A DNA stretch of 64,000 nucleotides from Octopus sinensis. Taxonomy: Eukaryota. How positions within the stretch are numbered: the stretch's first letter is position 1; each line of letters opens with the position of its first letter. The notes beneath the pieces are model-generated. The model did no database searches and was not told the DNA's origin. It saw only the letters and a program-made list of their open reading frames with translations. The DNA lies in the NCBI RefSeq assembly GCF_006345805.1, contig NC_043001.1, positions 98,766,001 to 98,830,000 of the forward strand. Direction: 5' to 3'. A program made the translations under genes and the position numbers. Positions 13,812-27,586 of the stretch are shown one piece after another.

Positions 13812-15587
13812 ATCTGTATGGTGGGATGAATGAGATGATTTGCTAGGGCGTGTAGGTGAATGCAGTCGGGGAGGGAGAAATGGCAAATTGGGTGACACAG
13901 TAGTCGATGTTTCATGAGTGGATTGATTCTTATTTTTATCACCACTGCAATTTTCGTAAGAGTCTTTAACGATTATATACTCTCTATCTCCAGCACGGAG
14001 AGCTTCATTTGAGTTTTGCAGTTGGCTTTTTGGTCGGGAACTACTAGTCGCTTCAGGAGATTTCAGTTGGTAGTGAGCCCTGTTTATAACAACTCCAGAA
14101 AAATCATGGAAAGTAACTCCCTGTGGATTTGTTTTGCTAGAAGAAACGAGAGAAGATTTTGAATGCTGATTACCATCCTGAGTAGTTGCTTCCGAAGCAA
14201 CAGCATACATTGACTGACTATTTGTGTTCCTCAAATTTAAAGATTTGGAAATATGACAATCAGATGCCGGTCTGGCTGGAATTGATCTAGAATTCTCTCC
14301 ACATACATTTTGCTTATAATGTTTTGAAAGTTGAACATCACTCTTATTATTTCCAGATGAGCTGGAAAGTGGAGGGAGGCTGATACTTGATACAGTAGCT
14401 AGTCTGATGGGTGATGAATTAACAGTTTTTACAGTTGTTGTAGTAGTGTGTGACGTTCCAACCCCACTAGAAATCGGATGTGGATCACCATTTACTACTG
14501 GACAATTGACATACCGCTCTTGTTGAATATCACCATCATTGACTACTACTTCCCCATCACTTGTATCAGTGAGTTCCTGTATAACTTCTTCGTAAGGAGG
14601 AAGTTCATCCTCACCAAACACATTAGGAGTCAAATCATCATACTGTGGAGGGAAGTCAGTGGATGCAGCAGGCATCAGCTCTACAGCAGCTATGTAAGAA
14701 TTCTGAGAGTGGTCACTATATGTTGAAGATGGTGTACCATTATCATTATCGGTTATCCTCCGTGGTAAATCAATGTGCTCACTACGCCGTGTATTATCTT
14801 GGCATGGCTGATCATGTCTTAAATGATCTGATGATAAAAATCTATTTGTCTCATTAGAGTGACGGCTGTTTGAGGTGGCATTGTTGTTATTTCCAGTTTG
14901 AGTATGGCGTGGTGAATGAAAGCGTGCATTATGGGAACTTGTTGATGCCAAAAGTTCACTTTCTCTAAGTGGTGTATGAATTGATGCTGTCTCCCTGGGT
15001 GTATTCGACCTACTGAAAGTTCGTTCTCGAAGAGGAGTACGGGAAGTAGATGCATTATTTATACGGCTTTCGCTAGATGTACACATCAGATTGTCATTTT
15101 CTCGTGAACTCTGGTTTGATGAGCAATTATTGGCTTTTTGAAAAAACAAATACTTGATACAGACCCCAACAGAGGTCAGTGAACTAATAAAACCAAAAAT
15201 TGCTAAACACAGGGAGAAAATATGAATTATGCTAGTTGATTCTTTGGGATATTTCTTATACACGAAGCTATGTTTGTAAAAATTGCTGTTAAAATCTAAT
15301 CCTCCAGCAGATAACACAAGCATGACTGCAGACAAACAAGTTGAGATGACTGAGGTGATCAGATATGTTTTGATGGCACAAGGTCTTCGCAATTGCCCAG
15401 CTACTACACCACTTAGTCCTGACAAAAACATTGAAATGCCACACCATAAACCAGTGCCAAGATAATGGCCCCAGATTTTCTCACTGAAAGCTATTACTGC
15501 TATGATTATACTAGCAATGCCAAATATAGAAAGAATGACACCAAGCACAAATGCAGCTTTTTGCGGAAAGTCAATCCTTAATCTCAT
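11796..15587 (-). CDS. Single-exon CD20/MS4A-like tetraspan membrane protein with PY motifs and long Ser/His-rich disordered tail (ENTREP/FAM189-like)
   Basis: 1263-aa uninterrupted ORF in AT-rich DNA. ATG in AAAATG context with an in-frame TGA three codons upstream. Four hydrophobic segments in aa ~10-148, including the CD20-like 'GTGLWCGISMFLSGLSGVVA'. FPPQY and LPPY motifs, poly-His, C-terminal YSILL. Family assignment is from recalled architecture, not a search. Confidence 0.88.
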
Positions 15588-16254
15588 TTTTTTTCAATAC
15601 TTTTGTGTTGTTGTTGTGAAAGAAATATGGAAAAATGTAATGAATAAACCTCTTTGAATATTGCTTTTCAAAGCATTAGAAGAAAATTCAATCAGTTATA
15701 CTGAAGTGGTTCTACATTTCCATTATTTAGATTCTTATGTTTTCTTTTAGTTTCTTCAAGTTAAAACACATATTATACAAAGAATTCTTCTCTCCTTAAA
15801 ATGATCCATTTGTCCATTAATGTGTCAGTAAAATTCTAAGATATATTTAAAAAATGTTTTCATACCAGATACTACCTACAATTTACAGTAGTATATTTGA
15901 ATCAAACAAGCAAACATAATAAACAGAATAGAAAAAAATTAATAAAAATGAGCACCTGGAGGCATAAAATGCTAAGGTAAAAATTAAGAAATACCAATGT
16001 TTTAAAAATACCAATCAACTGCTGTAGCCATTTTTTCTTGTATATGTAATTTGGTAGTTAGTATATCTTTCGAATTTGTTCTTAGACATCAGCATGGCTT
16101 AAAGCGATTGCTTAATTAGCAATTGCAATAACAAAGTATGTAATTAAAACAAATATGACCGATGTGGTTGACCTCTGGATCCACCTGGCAGCAGTTTGTT
16201 GACAAATACAATAGATCTAACATTGCTAATTTATATACATACATACACACATTA

Positions 16255-16295
<41 letters not shown>

Positions 16296-17429
16296 TAATC
16301 AAGATGCCAATGTTTATTTAAAATTTTTTTACTGTTATTTTCCTTAATTATTTTTGATTGGTTGCTGATGTATGAATTAAAATAAATGTATGTAAATCAA
16401 AGAGGTTCAAAAGGTAATTTAGTGACAGAATACTTTCGAAATGTCATTGGTTATGTTACAAAACTATTTAGATAATTGATAATAGAGATAATGCGGAGTA
16501 ATGTGTGAAAACGATATTCAATATACAAAATGCCGTTTCAACATAAAACGACATTCAACTTATTACAGCAGAATAGGGGAGAATCACTTTATTCCATACT
16601 GTAATAAAGGCTACTGTCTGGTTAATAATATCTATTTCTATTGATGCTTATTGCTCTCTAGTTTTCTTCTTTTTTCTTCTTCTTCTTTACTTGTCTTTAA
16701 ATTATGCTGATATCAACAATATTTCAGACATAAGACCGAATTCTAAATTTGCTAAAACATGGTATACTAAGTTTCAGTTTAAAAACTATTTTGCAAAAAT
16801 AAATTGTAAACATTGGCATAATTTTTCAGAACCGCGGTGAAACATCATTATTGAAGTCATCATCGGTTCGGCAAAACGGAGGGGGAGCAATGTGAAAAAT
16901 TTAAGGTTGAAATAAACGAAGAACGTCGTAGATATTATTTTCAAAAGTGATCCCCTGGTTTCCAGTCAGAAAGCACATAGTAAAATAGAGGTAAGCATCC
17001 AATGATAATAATAGTGCCAAAACTTGACGTAACCAGTAACCGCGGTAAGTCACACATATTTTGGTATGTCCGGGAGGAGTGATGGAATTTCAGAGTTCCG
17101 TTGTCTGCTGGCCAGCTTCCCAAGGAAGTGTGGAAGCAGTGATGACAGTATAGGTGGAGAAAGGCAGTACTAAGAACAACTGCAACACAATATACAGAGA
17201 AGGATATAGAAAAAAGAGAAGAGAATGTGTTTGTGTGTGTGAAGAAAAGAAATAGAGAAAAGTGGATGGATATTTTTACCCTTCTTCAAATGTGAGGAAA
17301 TTCACGGGTACTACCTCCTTGTATTTGATGCTTGCAACACACCCTCCCCAATCAACGACATAGGGAATTTCCAGTAAGTAAGCGTGCAGAGTGTGTGCTG
17401 AGCCATTGTCATACGCAATTAGAAGCTTT

Positions 17430-17620
17430 GTAATCGTGATTAACTACAGCGGCGACGATTCGCTTGAGTGAGAGTGTTCCGAAGTGGCTATAAAGAGAGC
17501 AACAGGAGTTCAATTGGGCGACTACGACGGCCCGCAGCACAATCAGGCGCCATCTTGGTTGTCTCCAGCAGTACTGTCTGACCTGACCTCGCAACAGACG
17601 GAGTGGGAGGTAAAAAAAGG
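17430..17620 (-). promoter_or_regulatory. Probable CpG-rich promoter/TSS region with YY1 motif
   Basis: Local CpG enrichment in a CpG-poor, repeat-free tract. GCGCCATCTT at 17547-17556 (AAGATGGCGC on minus) matches the YY1 consensus typically found just downstream of a TSS. About 2 kb upstream of the long ORF, same orientation. Confidence 0.5.
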
Positions 17621-18924
17621 AAGTTTGGGAAACAGAATTGGTGGGAGGCACTACAAGCAAGCAGGCAGGCAGAGGCAAGGCAACGGCAAGGAAAAGAGAG
17701 AGAGAGAGAGATGATCAGCAAGCACTGTTATGTTATTTTCTCTGAATTTTTGGATTTTTTTCACCTTTTTACATTTTTTTTCCTTCCCTCAGCCAACGAA
17801 CTGACTGCAGGGGTGGGTAGTAAAGAATGTCAGATACAATGGCAGAGGAAGAAGAATTAATATTCACATGTTCAACTGACTACTACAGACAATAAAGCGA
17901 GAAAGCGTATAAAGAGAGAAAGATAACTACAGTAGACAAATTGCTATGTACGTTTTCGCTAAAATGTGGAACTTCAGTGTTTTGCCTCTAAGACAGTGCT
18001 GGTGGGAGGGGGGTAGGAATAACGGAACGAAATAACCAACAGTTAATTATTTCTCGGGAATGGAATTTGGGTAGGTAATATTAAAAAAAGACAACATTGA
18101 TTAAAAGACGAAACGAAGATTTCAAGAAGCTACATTCCCTTTAATATATCTCTTATTTTATATATGTGTGTGTTTACACGCATATAGATGCATGTGTACA
18201 CACACACATACAGGCATGGTTACATGGTTATGAGGTTCGCTTTTCAACCACGTGGGCTGTCTCACTGTGTGGTACTTAGACATGTGTCTTCTACAGTAAC
18301 CTTGCGCCGACCAACGACCAATGAATATGGTAGACCGAAAGAATACGGAAGCCTATCGTGTGTGTGTGTGTTAAGTCATGTGGCCTAGTGGTTAGGGTGT
18401 CGGTCTCACGATCATAAGGTTGTGGGTCTAATTTCTAATCCGGTCAGAGCGTTCTATTCTTGATCAAAGCACTTTATTTCCCTTTGATTCAGTTATAATG
18501 ACTACAAGTGGTTGTTTGTGCAGTCTCTCTCTTTCCAGCTGTCATATCCTGAATATTCCACTGAGTAAAGGGCGATAGAGTTGAGAGGATGTTTGTGTCT
18601 GCTGGTGATTTAAGCACCTAGACCAATTTGCAAAATCGTAGCACATATTACAAAGCCATACTTACTCACAAGAGATGGCTGGTTAAACGTGTATATATGT
18701 GTTTCTGTGTATGTGTGTGAATGTTGAAATTCTGCACTTTGCATGAAAAAAAAAATGCTGAGCTACAAGAGGTGATGTTTGACATTCTCTGTCAACTAAT
18801 GATCTGTCAGCACTTTTGAAGATAAGTGGAATGAAAAATCTCACACTTAGAAAGAAGTAAGGACTAATGGGTGACAAGAAGGGCATCCAGCTGTAAAACA
18901 ATACCTCAATATTATGTATTAATG

Positions 18925-19380
18925 TAAGGTGGCAAGCTGGCAGAATTGTTAGCATACCAGGCAAAATGCTTAGTGGCATTCCATTTGTCTTTATATTCTG
19001 AGTTCAAATTCCACCAAAGTCAACTTTGCCTTTCATCTTTTTGGGGTCATTAAAATAAGTACTAGTTGAACACTGGGGTCAATGTAATCAACTTAACCCC
19101 TCTCCCAGATTTGCTGGCCTTGTGCCAAAACTTGAAAGCAATATGATGTATTCATGTAAGGTTGAAAGCTGGCAGAATTGTTAGTATGCTAGGCAAAATG
19201 CTTAGTGGTATTCTGTTTGATTCTACATTCTGAGCTCAAAGCCCACTGAGGTCAACTTTGCCTTTTATCTTTTTGGGGTCAATAAAATAAGTATCAGTTG
19301 AACACTGGGATTGATGTAATCATCTTCATCCCTCCCCCAAAATTGATGGTTTTTGTGCCAAAATTTAAAACCAGTATTAT
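18925..19380 (+). mobile_element. Tandem pair of tRNA-derived SINEs
   Basis: Two consecutive copies of AAGCTGGCAGAATTGTTAG...TTCTGAG(T/C)TCAAA...TTTGCCTTT(C/T)ATC...AAAATAAGTA. Confidence 0.75.
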
Positions 19381-19689
19381 GTATTCATGTAACCCATGCC
19401 AGGGCCATCTTAACAACATTATAGGCTCCTGAGTAATTGATTCACTGGGCCCTTATTTATTGACAACAAATCCAACATAGATTAGAATTGGACCCCTTGA
19501 CCTGTGAGGCCCTTTGGCAACTGTCCAATGTGCCCAAGCCTTAACCCTTTTGTTACCATGTTTATGTTGAAATATGATGCCTTTGTTTCAATTAAGTTTG
19601 AAAATAATGAAGAATTTAGTAAAATAATTTTGTCATTATTAAGCTTGTGCTTGGAACACAAATTAGCATGAAATTTTGATGGAAGTACA

Positions 19690-21905
19690 TTATTTACATT
19701 ATTTACATTTGACGGATATTTGTCCTCATCTTGTTTGTCGTTAACACATTTCGGCTGATATACCCTCCAGCCTTCATCAGGTGTCTTGGGAAATTTCGAA
19801 CCTGGGTTCTCATTCCTAAGGTATTTTTTGATTTTATTATTATTATTGTTATTCAGGTCACTGCCTGGAATTAAACTCAGAATCTTGGGGTTAGTAGCCC
19901 GCGCTCGGGCTTATAAATCTAATATTCTCCTATCCTTCCTTAATACTGGTTCCCATATGCTATTCAAATCTGCACTTGGTCTGCTTAGGAGGTTGTTGCA
20001 TCCTAGCATATGTGCTGCTTCTTTTAGTTTTCGTATTTTCCAGTGGTGTTCTCTGTCTATTATTTTAACTTCATCCCACAAGGGAAGGTGGTCTCCATTT
20101 TTCCATATATGATCAGCTATATTCAATTTATCAATACCTCCCCATGTCACAGCTTTGCAAGGTTCTTCTACCCTTATTTTGAGGAGACGGCATGTTTTAC
20201 CTTTGTATAACCTACCAGAGCTACATGGAATGGAGTACATGCAGTTCTTGGTCATATTCTCTTCTATTGGTGGTTTTACTCGAAGGAGATATTTGTGAAG
20301 TGTTGTATTGCTTTTGAATACTGTCCTGATGTCATATGGGCCACATATCTTTTGTATCTTTTCAGAGAGGCCTTCCACATAGGGTAGACAGGCTGTGGAC
20401 AGCTTATCGGTTTCATCCTCTCTTTTCTTCATAATTGGAGTGGAGTGTATGCTTTTGAGGTAGTTGTTGCTTAATAGATTGTTATTGAGCTTAATCATTT
20501 CTTCATGGTGAGTATCATGATCACTACTTATATTCATTGCTCGATGTTTTAGGCATTGAGCAATCCCTCTCTTTACACTGTATGGATGGTGGGAGTTGAA
20601 GTCCAGTGAAGGTTGGCTTGCAATATATGGATGTCGTGAATCCATACTTGGTGCATGTTATTAATACATCCAGGAATGCTAACTGATTGTCTTTTTCTTT
20701 TTCCATTGTGAACTGTATAGATGGCTTTATTGAGTTCACATGATCTAACAGCACTTGGACATCTTCCTGGTGGGGCCAGAGTGTGAAGGTGTCATCAACA
20801 TATCGCAGCCATAGGGTTGGTTTTAGTGGTGTTGATCCTAAAGCCAAATTCTCAAAGTATTCCATGTATATATTGGCTATTATCGGTGATAATGGTGAAC
20901 CCATAGCTAAACCCTCTTCTTGTCGATATATATCAGTGTCCATACTGAAGTAGGTAGTTTCTACACAGAAGGTCAACATTTCCATCAAGTTTCTTATTGG
21001 TATACTAGTGCGTTTTTTAGATGTGTGTCTGTCTCTCTAGTTTTTCTTGAATCACTGATAGTGCTTCACCAGTTGGGACTTTAGTGAACAGGCTTATCAC
21101 ATCTAGACTCACCATCTAGTTGGATTCTATGGAGGTATCCTTGATCAATTCTGTGAAGTGGGTAGAATTCTTCACATGCGATGTTGACTTTCCTTCTAAT
21201 GGACTGATATCCACAAGGAAGCGGCTCAGTGGATGACATGCTGAACCTCTACAGCTTGCTATAGGTCTTAATTGAATACCATCCTTGTGAATCTTAGGAA
21301 GACCATACATGTGTGGTAGTTTACTGTAGCGATGAGTCTGTTGTCTGTAATTCATTGGTATAAAGTGATCCTTGTTCTTGATCAAGATCTGTGACAACTT
21401 CTTCTCTGTTTTCAAAGTAGGGTCTTTCTTTACTTTCACTTATAAGACTTGCCAGTTTTTCCGAGTAGTCAGACTTGTTCATCACCACTGTAGCTATTCC
21501 CTTGTCTGCTGGAAGTATTATGATGGAATTGTCACTCAGTAGTCTTTTGATAGTGAACGTTTCTTCCTTAGTGATGTTTGGTTTGGGAAGTTTCATTTTT
21601 TTCTAGTATCTGTTTCATTTTCCACCTTAGTTTATCTCCCTGAGCTTTTGGTGTCTTTATGGCTATCTCTTCAATATTATGTCCAAGTATGGAAAGTACT
21701 TGATGGTTGTTACAAAGTTGAGACCTTTGTTAAGTACTGCTTCTTCAGAGCTTTCTAGATGTCGGCTACTTACATTAATTACTGCTTTCACAGGTGGGTG
21801 ACGGAATGCAGTCTTCATTCTCTGACTTTTGAGTTTCATAAACTTCTTAATCTAGCATGTCTTCACCATTTCAAATTCTTTCATGTACAACTTTTCTAGA
21901 TCTTG
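19690..21905 (-). mobile_element. Penelope-like retroelement (frameshifted RT + GIY-YIG endonuclease)
   Basis: Collinear fragments: KGLNF N-terminal motif, ILPADKG, YGLPKIHK..LRPI, GLAMGSPLSPIIANIYME, LRYVDDTF, LAFLDV, and a C-terminal YSIPCSSGRLYKGKT GIY-YIG-like motif. Confidence 0.92.
19743..19785 (-). ncRNA. Degenerate hammerhead ribozyme in the Penelope 3' terminus
   Basis: Minus strand reads GACAC-CTGATGA-A-GGCTG-GAGGGTATAT-CAGCC-GAAA-T-GTGTT. Stem I, core and stem II are present; stem III/cleavage triplet is apparently deleted. Confidence 0.6.
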
Positions 21906-21934
21906 TTGGATTCTCTTTCTATCATCATCTTATT

Positions 21935-23469
21935 CAAGTACAGTGAAGAATTCTGGGTAGAGGTAGGGGTCCACCAAGGTTCAGTCCTCAGCCCCCTCCT
22001 ATTTATCATAGACCTCCAGGCAATAACAGAGGAATTCAAGACAGGATGCCCCTGGGAGCTCCTCTGTGCTGATGACCTTGCTCTTATTGCTGAGTCACTA
22101 TCAGAACTAGAGGAGAAGTTTCAGATATGGAAGCAAGGATTAGAATCGAAGAACCTTACAGTCAACCTAGTTAAAACCAAAGTCTTAATAAGTAGGATGA
22201 CAGACAAACCACAAATCCCTTCAGAAGGCTAACTGAGAAGATAATTTTTGTATGTGGCAGATGCTCAGGAGCAATAAACTCTGGAAATGTGCAGAGAACA
22301 ACTTCTGTCATATTCCAGGGAGAAAAACTAGAAGTAGTTGACAGCTTCCATTACGTAGGTGACCAAGTCAGTGGCGGGGATGGATGCTCTGAAAGTGTAG
22401 CTGATAGAAAAAGAATAGCCAGGGCAAAGTTCATAGAGCTCCTACCTCTGCTGGTGACAAAGGACCTCCCACTCAGAGTAAAAGGTAGACTGTATGACGC
22501 ATGTGTACAAACAGCCATTCTACATGGCAGTGAAACATGGGCAGTGACTGCTAAAGACATGCATAAACTTGCAAGGAATGAAGCCAGCATGCTCTGCTGG
22601 ATGTGTAATATCAGTGTGCATACTCGACAGAGTGTAAGCTCCTTGAGAGTAAAGCTGGACTTAAGAAGCATCAGATGTGGTGTGCAAGAGAGGTGACTGC
22701 ACTGGTATGGTCATGTTGTGTGAATGGATGAGGACAGCTATGTGAAAAAGTATCCCACCTGAGCAGTTGAGGGAATCTGTAGGAAGAGGGAGACCCAGGA
22801 AGACTTGGGATGAGGTGGTGAAGCATGACCTTCAAACATTGGGCCTTGACGAGGCAATGATTAGTGACCGAGACCTTTGGAAATATGCTGTGCTTGAGAA
22901 GACCCAGTAAGCCAAGTGAGACCATAACCCGTGGCCTATGCCAGCAGTGTAACCAGCCTACTTATGCATACATTTCTTTTGTTGGACACTAATCTTTGCT
23001 TGCAAAGACCTGTTGAGGCAAGTGAAATCAAAATCAAAATCAAATTCACTGACGAGGCTGAAGACAACACCACCTGACTAGCACCTGTGCCAGTGGAACA
23101 TTAAAAGCACCATCCGAGTGTGATCGTTGCCAGGGCCACAGACTAGCTCCTGTGCCGGTGGCACATAAAAAGCACTATTTGAGCATGATCATTACCAGCG
23201 TCACCTCACTGGTACGTGAAAAACAACATTTGAGCAAGATCATTGCCAGTGCTGCTGGACTGGCTCATGTGAAGGTGGCACATAAAAAACACCATTTGAG
23301 CATGGCCATTGCCAGTACTGCCTGACTGGCTCTTGGAGTGGTTGGCGTTAGGAAGGGCATCCAGCTCTGCCAGATCAGATTGGAGCCTGGTGCAGCCATC
23401 TGGCTTGCGAGTCCTCAGTCAAACTGTCCAACCCATGCCAGCTGGAAAGTGGACGTTAAATGATGATGA

Positions 23470-23472
<3 letters not shown>
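21935..23472 (+). mobile_element. 5'-truncated RTE-clade LINE with (GAT)n tail
   Basis: VGVHQGSVLSPLLF, ADDL, EKLEVVDSFHY, LHGSETW motifs with stops/frameshifts. 3' UTR has ~60-bp subrepeats and a GATGATGAT tail. Confidence 0.9.
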
Positions 23473-23507
<35 letters not shown>

Positions 23508-24412
23508 CTCAAACAAGGATGCTGTTGACAGTGATTCGAAGTTTCAGCCAACTAAACCAATGTTGGACTGTTTAGCCAGTTGAACTCTTGAAGTCCCTGT
23601 CAACAACACTTTTGTTTGAGAATAATAAATTTGTACTCTACAAAAGTATAGAATAACCCATCAGATTAATGTAAAATTGTTTTTATAATAATTTAACATC
23701 AGAACAAAATTAATATATATATAGGCACAGGAGTGGCTGTGTGGTAAGAAGCTTGCTTCCCAATCACATGGCTTCAGGTTCAATCCCACTGCATGGCACC
23801 TTGGACAAGTGTCTTCTACTATAGCCTTGGGCTGCCCAAAGTCTTGTGAGTAGATTTGGTAGATGGAAACTGAAAGAAGCCCATCATATATATATAAATC
23901 CATTCTGTCTGTCTGTGTGTCTTCTCGGATCTTGGGCATCCTCCATCCGACTGCACTCAAATTTGATATGTAGATACAAACAGTATCAGGGAGTACATAA
24001 GTCTTGAAAAAATTACAAAAATCGCTAAAGCCGTTTTTGTCCTGCTTTTCTTCCGTCAACCTGTACATAACTGCACCTTCCATTTTTTGTTGTTTTCGTA
24101 CTGCTTAAAGGCACGTTTCTTTCCTCCCAAGCTTACTGTTTAAACCATGTTTGTGCTCTCCCAGTCAACAGCCTTATCATTACTGGTACTTTAAACTCTT
24201 CGGCTGCATATTTGTGTGAATAAAATCGTTTTTCTTTGGAATAGAAAAAAAGCCTATATTTATCTCTTCTTTTGCTGGTGTCTCAAATTTAGATTAAATC
24301 AGTGTTTCTCAAAGGGGAGGCCTATGGGACGGTCAGACAAGTTGTTTTGAGAAAATTTAGTTTAAATGTTTGACAACTCAGCACCGTCCATTGGATGGCG
24401 GGGTGTTTTGCT

Positions 24413-24457
<45 letters not shown>

Positions 24458-24661
24458 GTATGTATTTGTGTGTCTGTATTTCTTCCCTACCATTGCTTTA
24501 CAACCGATGTTGGTGTGTTTATGTTCCAATATCTTAGCGGTTCGGAAAAAGAATCAATAGAAAAAGTACTAGGCTTGCAAAGAATAAGTCCTGGAGTTGA
24601 TTTGTTCAAGTAAATGTAGTGCTCCAGCATGGCTAATCAAATGAATAAAACAAGTAAAAGA

Positions 24662-24747
<86 letters not shown>

Positions 24748-25073
24748 TTGTATGTGTATATGTAGATTACACAAACATTCGCATGCACACCGGGGTAACT
24801 GACTGCAGTTTTGTCAAGTAAAACCCCCTCCTTGTAGTAGAACTGAAACCTAGGGTAATGCTTGTCATAAAGCAGCACAAACCTTCAAGCTAAAGTTTAT
24901 TTATATCTACTGAATTCTTTATGACAAAATACAGATATCGCTCAACCATTAAGTACAGTATGCATTTGTTTTTTTTTAGTTCAGTGAGGGAGGCTGTCAC
25001 TGTTCATATTTTACTCTTAACTCTTTCATAAGTTATAGTCTTTGAATTGTAAGCATGTATGGATTTGTGTGTT

Positions 25074-25127
<54 letters not shown>

Positions 25128-26879
25128 GCTTCAAGATCCCTTAAACAAGAGTAAAAAAATCTAAGGGACATGAGCAGAATGTATTTAAGTAGAAGAAGGG
25201 CTATATATAAATAACCAAGGCAACATTTGGGATACTTGACTGGTCTGTAGAGGAAATAACACTCCATAAACATTAAAACACATAAGATCTTGCCATCAGC
25301 TGAAAATTTCCACAGAAACAGTGATATCAACAGGCTCTGCCTAAGAGAGAGATGAAGAAAATAGAAGTCTGAGATCAATGCAGACAGCCTTCAAATGTCA
25401 TCATAGAGTCTTTTTGAGACAGCATCTGATAAACAACTGCAGCAAAAATAAATACATAAACCTAGGGCTGAAAAGCAAAGAGAACACTATCCTATGTGAG
25501 CTCCTCAGGAAGCATTTTCTTCCTGACAACCTCCCATCATAGAGATCAACTGCCCTTGCAGATGTGAATATTTCTTTGAAAAATCAAAGAGAAAGAGGAC
25601 AACTTTGATGCCTTCAGATTATAAATTTAAAATTATAAATTTGCATTTACACAAATAATAATTATTATTATCATTGGTGCACCTGGTTTTTGTGAGAAAA
25701 TGTCGAAGTGAAATCTGGAGAGTATGACAGAGGAACATGAGCAGACGTCTTGCTTAAGAGGTGAATACATAGCTTCTGGAAAAAGAAAGGGAGATGTGAG
25801 GTCAAGGTAAAAGGTGCATATGAGAGAGAGTATAGGGATAGAGGAACAGGAAAGATAGGTGGGTAGATAAGTGCAGTAGAGTGAAAAGAGTGTGACAGAT
25901 GATAAGAGATGGAGATTGAGGTGGATGTTGTCTTGGTTACCAAAGTCACCTCACAAAGCATTCGAAGACTCTTGCCCAAGATTACGCATTGTGTGACTGA
26001 ACAGAAAAACCACATGGTTTTGAGGCAAACTTCTTAACTGCACATCCCTGCCTAAAGAAATTATCAAGAAAAAAAAATTTTTCTCAAAGCACATAATGAT
26101 GAAAATAACTAAATTAAGCAGAAAATCAGAAAATGTGATACAACAGCAGTGAAAAGTTTCAGAAATTCATAGTTGTGCCCCAGCATGATTGGACTATAAT
26201 GCATGAAATCAAATGAAAAACTATAAAAGTTGCAAGAACTGCTTTACACTAATGTTATTTTCAGAAAGTAATTTTTTAGTTCTCTGTCTAATTTGTTATA
26301 ACCATCATGGCTAAGACCATGTCGGAATAAAGGATCCTCCTTTATGTTTATTATCATTTGGGGTGGCAGCCTAATTATATATATGTAAAAATACTTCAGT
26401 AAATTCTTTACCATTTCATGATATCTTTAATATTCCTATATCTCTTATATTTCTTTTCCTTTTATCATTCTTTCTTTTTTATCAAGAATGTTCTGGAAAA
26501 TAGCTTAGACTAAGAATGTATTTTATATAGTTTTTCTCTATTTTACTGTTTTTGCAATCAGTTTCTTTTTTTTTTCTTTTTTTTCTTAGTTATTTCTGTA
26601 TACTGCTCAGTTATATATACTTTTATATTAAAAGGTTCATATTGTAGTTTATATTACAGGTGTATTAGCTATGTTTTTTTTCAGTACCACACTGTACTAA
26701 AGAATATATCTATAGATTTTTAGCCAACACTGTTTGTAATAGCTGTAAACATCTTGTCAGTAATATATTGCACATAGATATATGGCATTTACATCTAACT
26801 ACATATGGTAGTGACTAAAAATTCTCTACACATAGCTGAAAAATATATATATTTGTATTTGTAATTATATATTTATAAT

Positions 26880-27210
26880 GTTGCCAGCCTCGCCTGGCCT
26901 CCATGCCAGTGGCACGTAGAAAGCACCATCTGATTGTGGCCGTTGCCAGTCTCGCCTGGCCTCCATGCCGGTGGCACATAAAAAGCACCATCTGATTGTG
27001 GCCGTTTGTCAGCCACGTCTGGCACCTGTGCCGGTGGCACGTAAAAAGCACCCACTACACTCATGGAGTGGTTGGCATTAGGAAGCCATAGAAACATTGC
27101 CAGATCAGACTGGGCCTGGTGCAGCCTCCTGGCTTCCCAGACCCCAGTTGAACCATCCAACCCATGCCAGCATGGAAAGGGATGCTAAACAATGATGATG
27201 ATGATGATGA
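26880..27210 (+). mobile_element. RTE 3'-UTR fragment
   Basis: Same ~60-bp subrepeats and GAGTGGTTGGCATTAGGAAG...CCCATGCCAGCATGGAAA...(GAT)n tail as the other RTE copies. Confidence 0.8.
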
Positions 27211-27541
27211 ATGTATCTCTCTATCTATAGATAGATAAGTCTACATATAGATAGATTTCTTTATCTATCAACTTGTCAATTTTGACAAAGGCCAGTAGCT
27301 TTGGGAGAGTCGCCAAGTTGATTAAAGTGACCCCAGTGCTCAACTGGTACTTATTTTATCAACTTCAAAAGGATGAAAGGCAAACTTGCCTTCAGTGGAA
27401 TTTGAACTCAGAACGTAAGGACAGATGAAATGCCACTAAGCATTTTGTTTAGTGTGCTAATGATTCTGGCAATGAGCTGGCAGAATCATTCTGCCAGCTT
27501 GCTGCCTTAATAATAATGATAATAATAATAATAATAATAAC

Positions 27542-27586
<45 letters not shown>

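Noticed and set aside
11977-15465. Several antisense and alternate-frame ORFs within the long CDS
   Set aside because: Shadow ORFs of the real coding strand.
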